This document shows, one piece after another, positions 47,098 through 56,735 of a stretch of DNA of 64,000 nt. Below the pieces are notes generated by a model. It ran no database searches and had not been told where the DNA came from. It worked only from the letters and a program-made list of their open reading frames with translations. Numbering within the stretch: position 1 is the first letter of the stretch; each line of letters opens with the position of its first letter. Where the stretch lies: positions 558,001 through 622,000 of the forward strand of contig MU061538.1 in assembly GCA_013265495.1 (NCBI GenBank), written 5' to 3'. The translations under genes were made by a program, and so were the position numbers. Source of the DNA: Vicugna vicugna. Lineage: Eukaryota.

Positions 47098-49029
47098 AAT
47101 TTTGAGGAAAATGTTTTAGTGGAAAGAGAGGTTTGAGGGAGGCATTTGCCATTAAAAAATGGCCATTTTCTGATACTCCACGTGAATTTGTCCATGTTTG
47201 ACAGCAGGGTGCAAATATTTTTGAGAGTGAATGAATATTTTATAGGCTCCAGAGCTGCTCGTGTGTTCCAGGAACCGATTGTGCAATATTCCCAAACATG
47301 CCGGCGCAGGTGAGAGTCGATCAGCTAGCCAGAGGAAAGAAGTGAGGCTGAAAAAGATTAAACTAAAGGAGAACATTCTACAAAGGGTTAAAGTCTGTTT
47401 GATAGCACAGAGGTCTGCCTTTCCCCCTTCTCAGTGTTTATTTGATTTAAGATTGTGGAAAAGTAAATACTGTTGAAGAGAACTGTAAAACGAAGCACTG
47501 ATACCCATTTTTCCAAAAAGATCTCATTGGCGAGGCCGCCGCGTCTCAGTGTCTCCCACTGTGGTCTCCAGAGTGATGCTGGTGGTCACGCACGCCCATG
47601 TGTCCGGCGGGCAGCTCCAGCCTCGGTGCGGGGGCCGAGTCAGAGGCAGCGGAGCCGGGGCACATACTCCGGACCGGGCTCCCCTCGTCCATCCCACAGA
47701 CGACGTCTGGCCATCTGGGATGTGCCGGGCTCTGCACCAGACCCTGGAGAGGCCGTAAGGAGTCAACCAGTTGGTTATTGGGAGTGCCTGAAAGCACGTC
47801 TCTTTGTCTTGGTTTTTCCCACGGAGCCGAAGGCACAGATGAACATCCCAAGTTTATAGCGTTATCTGGTTAGAGCTCAGTGTCGCTCGGAGCAGGAGAA
47901 AGGCAGCGTTCAGATTTTTCGAAGCTCTGGAAGGTTGGCCTGGGAGGGACGTCCCTCTTAGGGCCCGTGGCAAGTCCCGTGCATGTCCTGGGTTTAAGGT
48001 CGTGCTGAGCCCTGCTCGGGTGGGTGGAAGAGGCGGGACCTGAGCCCTGGGTGGTTCTCCCGGAAGTTCTGGGCTCCCCTCCCCCGTGGTGCTGCGGGGC
48101 ACGAGCAGGGGGTGGCACACGGTGCGGTGTGCCCTCCGCCCCCGTGAGTTCTGGCCTTCTCAGGCTTGATGTCGCCTTGGCTCCGTCGGAATGTACCTTA
48201 ATGCACCAGCCCCGTCGGTTACTCCGGGTTGCAACGCTCTCACGGAACGTGTTTGTGTCGTCTGGGAGCCAGGCACGACTGCTGTGGAAATTCAGTACCC
48301 GGGACCCAGGTGGTCCGAAAGAGCTGAGACGGTGCCTCCGACCTTTGGGGGCGATGTGCTCCTAGGACTACGACCGCCCGCCCGCCACGTGGCCGTGCTC
48401 GTGTTTGGAGACGCCCTGTGTTTCCGTCAGTGCCTTGCTTGTGTGAGTGTGTCCGCGTGGTCCGGGCCAGCTTGGCTGTTGACCACTTTCACCTTTTCAG
48501 TTTGTGCTGAGCTACTGGCTGTTGCTTTTCTGTGGCCCTTTGGGCAAACTTGTCTTCCGTGAGCTCTTGGAGCACGGCTAAGATAAAACTAAGTAGTGCG
48601 TCCCGTGTCTGAGCACTTTGCCCGCGTAACAAAGGTGTGAGGGTGGCTAGAAACGTCAGGGCTGCCGAGGGAGCGTTTCCCACGTGCCCCGGATTTCTGA
48701 CGCCAGGTGAATTTGGGCTGTGGCCTTGTTTCTCAGATCAGATCTCTCCTCGCCGTGGTCGTGTGCGGGCTGAGTTTAAACCATGACTGGCTAAGGTTTG
48801 CAGAGCTTTAGGCGTGTAAGAAAAAACAAGTCGGACGAGGAAATGAGCTGAATCTGTATTGAACAGATTTAAAGCCTCCAGTGTGCTCTCTACCTAACCC
48901 TGGTAGTTCTGTTCCCACTGCGGTTCCGGCTCAGGTACTGAGCGCTCCTGTGGGACGGCCCGGCCGGCGTGACCAGTCCCAGCCTGTGGCCGACATGAAC
49001 TTTTAAGAGCATTTTTACCATCATGTGAC

Positions 49030-49535
49030 GCCTCTGCTTACAACCCCAGCTGTTTCCCGTTGCTCTGGAAATATCCCCAGACTCCTCCCCTGGCCGCCCC
49101 ACCTCACCCCCGGGCCCACCCGGCCTCCTCTCTGATCTGGAGCTGCCAGGCCACCCCCACGGCAGCACTCACCCCAGGTGCTCCTCCTGTGATGCCTCCG
49201 TGGTCCTCTGCGCCCCAGCCCCTCCCACCCTTCAGCAATCAGCCCTTCAGAGGGCCCTCCCTCCCTGAGCCCGCACCCGCCCCAGCCACCCCTGCGTGGC
49301 TGTTTTGCGTCCTTTCACCCCTACGGTTGTCTGACGTTGTCTTTCTCAACCATATTTATCTACTTGTGTGTGGTCTGGTCTCCAGGCGGAGATTCAGCCG
49401 CGTGAGGACAGAGGCTCTGACCGGCTCCCTGCTGGGTCCTCAGAACCGACAACATTCCCGGCTCACACGATACATTTAATAAAGGTAGTTGCGTGAATGA
49501 GTGAGTGAGTGGATGAATGAATGAATCAGTGAATG
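49030..49535 (+). mobile_element. L2 LINE 3' end with (TGAA)n tail
   Basis: tttaataaaggtagttgcgtgaatgagtgagtgagtggatgaatgaatgaat terminus, preceded by L2-like atttatctacttgtgtgtggtctggtctcc. Confidence 0.75.
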
Positions 49536-50058
49536 GTGAAACCCGTCAAAACATGAGCATGAATCTGAAATAACACTGCAGCTCCTAATCTCTCTCCCAC
49601 AGTCAGAGGAGGAACCCAGGTTTCCCTCATAACGGCAAGCCAAGCTCGTCTGCCTTAAATTTGAATACTAATAGCTGTACATTCATAGGAACAGGGTATA
49701 ATTCTCTTAATTACTTTCCGTTGTTTATAAGGATTCATCTTTGTGTGTTAACGACGTTCACAGAACCTTGATTTTTAAGATGTTAAGACAATAAGGTTCA
49801 TAAAATTGTTCCTTTAAAATTCTTTGAGCTGCTTGAAAATGGCAGCTGGAAAGGAGGAGGGGACTCACTGTCCTCGTTACTGTCACCACCTGGCTCCTCG
49901 CAGTCCTCCGGCAGAAGACCTGTCACCACAGGTGCGCACACCCGAAACTGTCGCCCTTAAGTGCCCAGCCAGTCACGTGGGAGAATGCGCGTCTCCCCTG
50001 TTCAGCAAGAGCAGGTGGTCAGGACGGAGTTCCCTTTTGTGGTTTGATGATACGTACA

Positions 50059-50279
50059 TTTTTAGTTGAGGTATAGTTGATTTACAATGTTGTGTTAGTT
50101 TCCTGCACAGCAAAGTAATTCGTTTACACGTATATACATTCTTTTCCATTCCAGGTCGCTACACGGTGTTGAGTAGAGCTCCCTGTGCTGCACAGTAGGA
50201 CCGTGTTGTTTATCTGTTCCACGTACAGTAGTGTGTATCTGCTGATCCCAGACTCCTACTTCGTCCCTCCCCCCGCCCC
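50059..50279 (-). mobile_element. 5'-truncated L1 3' end (cetartiodactyl/laurasiatherian type)
   Basis: tttttagttgaggtatagttgatttacaatgttgtgttagtttc...ccctgtgctgcacagtaggacc...tctgctgatcccagactcc. Confidence 0.9.
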
Positions 50280-50289
50280 AGGACAAAAT

Positions 50290-50386
50290 TACTTGCTTGT
50301 TTTTTTTAATGCACATACTAGCAATTGAACCCAGAACCTTGTGCACGCTAAGCATGTGCTCTACCACTAGCTCTACCCTTCCCCCC
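50290..50386 (-). mobile_element. Vic-1-type tRNA SINE
   Basis: Reverse complement ggggggaagggtagagctagtggtagagcacatgcttagcgtgcacaaggttctgggttcaattgctagt...attaaaaaaaa. Confidence 0.85.
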
Positions 50387-51473
50387 AAAAAATTACTAAT
50401 TTTTTAAGTTTATTCATTAGAATATTTCTGGAACAGAATGTGTTCATTATTTTTTACCAGGATTTCAGTTGTAAGTCTTCGTAAGACTGACTTTCCTTTT
50501 CTGCAGATTTCTGTGGTCGAGGTCAGTGAAGGTCACAGCCAGGCTTGATGAGCACGTGTTTAGTGCACCAGAGCCTTTCAGAGCGTCAGCCGCCCGCACG
50601 GCCCTCCCTGGACGCGCGTCCCAGCGGCTGGGCTCGTGGTTCCCCAGCTCCAGGAAGGACCCTGCACGTCATTGCGCCGTGTTTAAGCGCTCTTTTGTCA
50701 GTGTGCTTTCCTGCAGTTCTGGACTCTTCTGGAAGAGATGGAATGCCGAAGCTCGTAATTGTAATAAGAACACGCTCACTGAGACTTCCAGTTAGTTACG
50801 CTCCACAGAATCGAGACTTAACTAATTTATGCGTCCATTTAACTCACGACTTTACCAAGAGCTGGCTCTTCCCCCGGCTCGTCCAGCCTCTGCCCCACGC
50901 AGAAGCCAGGAGCAGGTCCGCGTGGATGCTCCCCCAGCGGCACTTTGAAAAGACACGTCGTTTCCGTTGGAGCTTGTGTTTGTCTGTTTTCCTAGTTCTT
51001 GCATGGACTTTATTTTTCAGTTACCAGAAGGATTTTAAACAACACAGACAACTCGGGGTTCACGGCCCCCAGACCTGCGCGGTGCGCTTTACTCGTCCTT
51101 CCCCGGTCCTCCGCCGCCGGCTGTTACCTCCTGCCCCTCACGTGAGTGGGAGCTGCGCCTCCCCCTAAGGCTCTGTATCTGGGGACATTTGAACTCTCCT
51201 CCCCTGCTTTAGCTACTGAAAATCTCTATCCTGCACAGCCTGCTTGGTTATGCGGCAAAGAACTGGAGCGGGGGAGTCACACTGAGACTGCGTGAGGGCG
51301 GCGCCCGAGGCTGCTGGGCCTGCAGGGTCCGGCCTGGGCCAGCTTGAGAAACCAAGCTTCCAGGGAAGGGTCTGCAGGGAGATGACTCCGACTCACACTT
51401 ACCGGTGAAGCCAGCCCTGCTGCCTACATGCAATGCTTGTGCCGGTCAATTCCATCTGGGTTTTTTGATAGGA

Positions 51474-51626
51474 TTTTTTTTTACTTTTTAAAAATGTTGT
51501 TGTTGTTTGGTTTGTTTTGGGGGGGTAATTAGGTTTGTCTGTTCGTTTTAACGGAGGTACTAGGGATTGAACCCAGGACCTCGTGCCTGCTAAGCACACG
51601 CTCTAGCCCTGAGCACTACCCTCCCC
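51474..51626 (-). mobile_element. Full-length Vic-1 SINE
   Basis: Reverse complement ggggagggtagtgctcagggctagagcgtgtgcttagcaggcacgaggtcctgggttcaatccctagtacctccgttaaaa...aacctaattaccccccc plus A-rich tail. Confidence 0.9.
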
Positions 51627-51632
51627 AACTTA

Positions 51633-51786
51633 GTTTTTTTTTTTAATTGAAGTTGATTCACAAAGTTGTGTTAATTTCTGGTGTATAACATAGTCATTCA
51701 GCTACACACACACACACACACACACACACACTTCTTTCCATATTCTTTTTCACCAAAGGCCATTACAAGGGATTGAATATAATTTC
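51633..51786 (-). mobile_element. L1 3' end containing an (AC)14 microsatellite
   Basis: ttttttttttaattgaagttgattcacaaagttgtgttaatttctggtgtataacatagtcattcag...ccattacaagggattgaatata. Confidence 0.85.
51704..51731 (+). repeat. (AC)14 microsatellite
   Basis: 28 bp of uninterrupted AC. Confidence 0.97.
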
Positions 51787-54700
51787 ATCTGTTTTTAACC
51801 GCTTTCCACTTCACCAGGACAAAGGAAGCTAATTGCTTACTGCAGGCCCGTGCGGGAATGCTTCCTCCTCAAAAACGAACGTCCACGGAGGCAATATTTA
51901 GGATGTAATAACAGGAAAAGGACCACATGCATGGCCTTGCATTTATTCTAATTAACTCCTTTGGTCCTGCTCGCCTCCTGCAGGCTGTGCACACAGAGCC
52001 CGAGGCTGGATTCCAGACTGAGCTTACGTCTCCCAAGCCAGCCCGGCTCTGTGGACGCCGGGCTCCGGGCTGGCCGGTTCTGGGTCTGCGTCTTTTCTCT
52101 TTTTAAATATGGCTTGTGTGTCGCTGCTCTGCGTTTGAAGTTCCTGGCCGATCCAGCAAGGCTGCAGCCCGGGGGCGGGGCAGGTGCAGGACCCACCGGC
52201 CCGGGGGCGGCTCCCTGTACGCTGCGCTCCTCTCGTGAGTCTTCACTGCAGTCAGGTGGCAGTCTGAGTACGGTTGTGTGGCCTGTGGTTCCCGAGTCAA
52301 GCAACTCTTCCCTAAGCTAAGAAACAGCAAAACTGCCCTCTGATCATTTACCCGTGTCTGTCCGTCCTGGAGTTTGAGCGGACCACTCTGAATTTCTCAT
52401 TGCAAACGTCTTAGCCTGCCTCATGCACGCCACTAATAAATAACGTGTAAAATATGCCAGACGCAGCAATCTGTGGGCAACAGAAATACCTTCTGTAAGC
52501 AAGCAGTTTGCTGTTCCCTGTGTCTGTGTGTCCATCTGTGCTCAGCCAAAGCAAGTGCCCCTGCTGATTTCTCTTTTCATCTTTCATTTTTTTTGCTTGG
52601 AATTTACACGGCTCACTTTGGGAATTCAAAGACATTTAACATAAACATTTCCCTGTCGTGTATTACTGAAGGCAGGTGACAGCGTCTGTTTCTAAAGGGA
52701 AAGGTCGTCATCCCCCGAATGGCAGCAGAGACAGCTCACTCCCTGCTCTGAGGAGCACGGCCCCAGCTCCGTCTGATTCTAACACACAGACCTCCGGTGC
52801 TCCCGTGAGGGAAGAGCGTGTGAGTGGGCTGCATTCCCACTGCCTGAAAAGGTCTGGTTGTTGGAATGGGCGCCCGTGCAGAGAACAGAGCCGAGGCAGA
52901 GATCTCCTGACACTGATGAAGGTCTTCCCCAGACCGAACTTCCCTCAGCGCAGCAGCAGAGGCTTGCTCCCGGCAGCACCGCTGTGAAGGGAACGCCCCA
53001 GGACGGTCTCCGCTGGCTTCATGTCTGCGCAGAAGCCCCCAGAGGCCCGGGGCGGGGGCCCTGCCGCACTGACAGCAGTGGATTCTGGATGTTGTGAGCA
53101 GCGTGACATCCCGCCAACTGCGCCCCCGTCTGCGGGCTTGCGCGGCGGCTCCGCGCCACCGGGCTTGGTGCTGAGGGCGTGTTTTCATTTCTCTCTTTAG
53201 TGACAGTGCATCGTCTTGCCCCTCCCAGCGTCCCAGACCGTCACTGCCAGCGACGAGAGACGCCAGATAACACCATTTCTGTGGCTTTTAGCTGAGCGAA
53301 GCCTGTGTCGTCCGCCCGGGCTCTCGCGGCCTCTCCACGCAGGCCTGGGTGAGCACGCTGGCAGCCGGGATCTGTCACTGGAGCCAAACGGACTTTCCCA
53401 GGTGCCTGGACCCCTCACCCCAGCATTCAGAGGCGGCCAGCGCCGCCACCTGCCGCAGGGAGGGTGGCCGGGGGGCCCCCGGGGCCCTCGGCTCTCCTTG
53501 GGGTAATCACGGTCCAACACCGCGGAGACCACAGAGGCCGCCGGTGGCCGGCGGGGAAGTAGAAGATTTTTAGTGAGTGGGATTCTTTCCTGGTGACTCT
53601 GGAAACGGATCCTTGATATTGAAGCTGGTATAACGGTGCCTGTGAAACAATCCAGACGGCGACAGGCTCTGAGGTGCTAAGTCAGCACCGGGGGCATCCG
53701 TGCTCCCCCGACACCAGAAACCAGCCTCGGTGATGAGCAGTGTCACTGCATGTGGTCTCAGAAACGGGCATTTCCAGCAGCCCTTTGTCACAAGACTGGT
53801 CGTGAAAGACCCCGTCTTAAAAGAGGGATGAGGAAGCCCCCAGAGGGCGTGGGCACGAGCTCCAGACCCTCCCTGATCTCGGGGCGCGGTGGCTGGCAGC
53901 GTGGGCGTGACCCTTACGTCACCCGCCAGGCTTTCCCACGCGGTGAGGGGACTGAGCTGTCAGAGGGACCGCTGCCTGTGACTGGGAAGTTGCGCTGGGA
54001 CCCTGCGCTCGGCAGTGTCGCCGTACCTCCTGGCTGGCAGCAGTGGCGCTGGCCGCACGTGCAGCAGCGCACACCCGCGGTCGCCCCTCGAGCCCTGCGC
54101 TCAAGCCGCTGTTGGTGGCGGGCACTCCCAGCATCGTGTTTCATTAGGTCTCGGTCAGTGTCTCCAGAACCGCACAGTCACAGAACATGGAAGAGGTGTC
54201 GAGAGGTTCTCTGATTCCCTGTTTCTTTAATGAGAAAGACCGTCGCCTCCATCTGCATGTACCTCACAGCTCGCGAGGTCTGTTTCATATATTAAGTCAG
54301 CCGACCCTCAGCCCCACCTTGGAAGTGAGTCCTGTTTCTGGGCCGCAGTGACTCAAGGGTCAGCGAGACTTGGTGGTCTGCCCAGGAGTGCACGGCCCAA
54401 AAGCCGCTGAGTGGGGACCAAACTTTGTGCCTATTACGTTGTTAAGAATGCTTTCAAAATTAAGCCCAACGCCTTGTCCATTTTATTAGAGTCGCCTCCC
54501 GGCCGAAAGCTCCCCTCGGCACTCATGAAGGCGCCGTGAGTGACGGGTACAATCGCCTCCTGAAGGTGCAGACGGCTCCTGTGACCGTTAGCAAACCCTG
54601 CTGCACTCCGGAGCACTCCAGGTGCACTGTGTTCCTGGGACTCACTCTCTTGACCTGAAGGTGTTGACAGTTTGATCAGAAAACAGTGCAGGAAACATTT

Positions 54701-55569
54701 GGGCTACGTTAACCCATTGTGGACGCACGTCTCTGCCTGCTAACCACAACACTTCTGTCCCAAAGGTTTGGGATTCTGTGTAAAATGATTCTGTTCAATG
54801 TGGAAGCCAGTTGGTTTGTCTGACACATGGAGAGCATTTCCTGAAAAGTCATCTGGTGGTACTTGGGTCTTGTGACCTAAAAACCGTCCCATCACGTAGG
54901 CTAGGAAAGGAGTGTGAGGTGGGGAGCTGGAAGTGCAAGGTCGGAAATAAGATTAAGGAGGAAAGCCTTAGGTTGAGTTAGTCTCTCATGCAGTAAGAAA
55001 GCTGATGCTGTGCTCAAGGGGCCAGACACTCAGAAGTGCGGGTCCGCCATCGGCCCTGTTGTAGACGCCCTGTGTGGTCGGAGGCCATGGGGTCTGTGGC
55101 AGCCAGTGTGCGTTGGCTCCAAACTTGGAAAACCCACATTCTGAAACCTCGGGACGTTTTTCCGTAGATGTTTGAGCTGGGGGTTATCTTTTATGTGAGT
55201 GCGTCAAACCTAGGCCTTGGAAAGGCTCACAGCTCAGGAATGTTCTAGACACCTTCCCACTCAGGAACCAGCCCCAGTCAGGTTCCCCTGACGGATTCCA
55301 GGGGTGCAGAAACCAGGGCTGCGTCCTCCCAGCCAGGACTCTTCAGAACCCCTGCCTCGGTCTCCCCTAATACTGCTGAGTGTAATGAAAAACTGCGAGA
55401 TTAAAGACATGCTTCCAAATGTTCCTAAAGAACCAGGGTCACTGTTGTAATTGATCTGAGTTCTTCACATTGAATCAGCCAACACTGAGCCCCAGCTCTT
55501 CCTGGGGCTGAGGTTCCCAGGGTGCATGTGGTGGCCCCTTCACGTGTTGACTCCTGTCCAGTGCATGTA

Positions 55570-55830
55570 ACCAGGGCTCTGCTCTGCGTGTCTCAGGGCT
55601 CCCTTCTGTGCAGGGCAGCGCAGGTGAGTAAGACGGTCCCTAACCCCCAGGAGCTCAGAACCCATGGGGAAGGCAGGTCCTAGAAACACCCTGCCCGTTT
55701 CACTAGTGACAGCACATACTGTGTCCCAGATGAGAGGTGCGTACTGGGGGCACGGGAGTCCACAGAAGGCCTGGGAGATCTCAGGGAGACAGCACCAGAC
55801 CTGGACTTGAAGGCTAATGAGCAGGGGAGT
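55570..55830 (-). mobile_element. L2 3' fragment, antisense
   Basis: gtgagtaagacggtccctaacccccaggagctcagaacccatgggg resembles antisense L2 gtgaacaagacagacaaggtccctgccctcatggagctt. Confidence 0.6.
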
Positions 55831-56109
55831 CTGGGAGAAGAGCTTTCTGAACTGTTGCTGTGCCGTTGGGGTTGTCACGGGAACATCAGGACGTGGCCCC
55901 TACTTGACGCGCATTGTAAAGGTGTTCCTTGGACAGCTCAGAAAGGGAGAGGCAGCAGGAAATTCTTAATGACACGCTCCAAGGCCCTCACAGTGCTTTT
56001 CTTGAGCAATTCTTCCAAGCCTCAGAAAACTTGAAGGCAGAGCTTCTAGAATGCCAGTCATCAACACACAATTTTTGCCTGTACTGCAGACTACTTGTAG
56101 AATTTTCCA

Positions 56110-56500
56110 GGTTACGAGCAATCATTCAACAAATCCTGACTGTGTGCGAAGTGGATGAGACACGGGCCCACCCTGGGGCAGGTCATCTCACTAGAAGAGG
56201 AAGGTCCTGACATTCACAGCTGTAGCGCGAAGCAGAGTGGGGTCAGTGTCACAGAGGGGTCGTTTCCATAATGGTGCTGGGAGGGGTGGTACAGGGAGGG
56301 AGGGTCATAGAGATGGTGGCAGGTGTGAGGGAGGAGGTGGTGTTTGCACTGACCTCGAGGTCTGGGCAGAGTCATCACGGGAGGATCAGCGTGAACGAGG
56401 CATAGGGAGCGACGGTGACGGGGGAAGGGCTGCAACAGGAGTCTCCCTGGGACAGAGTGGTAGGTTAGTGAAATGAAGCTTGGACAAAGGACAGTGCTGC
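56110..56500 (-). mobile_element. L2 fragment(s), antisense
   Basis: atcattcaacaaatcctgactgtgtgc and gggctgcaacaggagtctcc...agcttggacaaagg. Confidence 0.45.
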
Positions 56501-56635
56501 TCTGGACACCGCTGGTGTCTTTTGAAGCTGGCAGTATTGTAACCAGAGATGCAGGCCTGGGTGCCCTGTGAGGAGCTGAAGGGGCCGTGCAGGGAGAGGG
56601 GCCGTGCGGGGGCAGGATGACACCGGCGCACTGTG

Positions 56636-56735
56636 CACACTGGATCCGAGTCACGGGCGCCCTGGCTGCGGGTGCTTGGGGCTCGTTGCTTAACTTCCGT
56701 AGGCCTTGGTTTCCCTGTGGGTAGGATGCAAGCCT
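56636..56735 (+). mobile_element. MIR SINE fragment
   Basis: ctggatccgagtcac...cttggggctcgttgcttaacttccgtaggccttggtttccc. Confidence 0.65.

Noticed and set aside
55929-56210. Protein-like 93-aa ORF (DSSERERQQEILNDT...)
   Set aside because: Starts at TTG, its 3' part overlaps an L2 remnant, it has no recognisable homology, and ORFs of this length are expected by chance.
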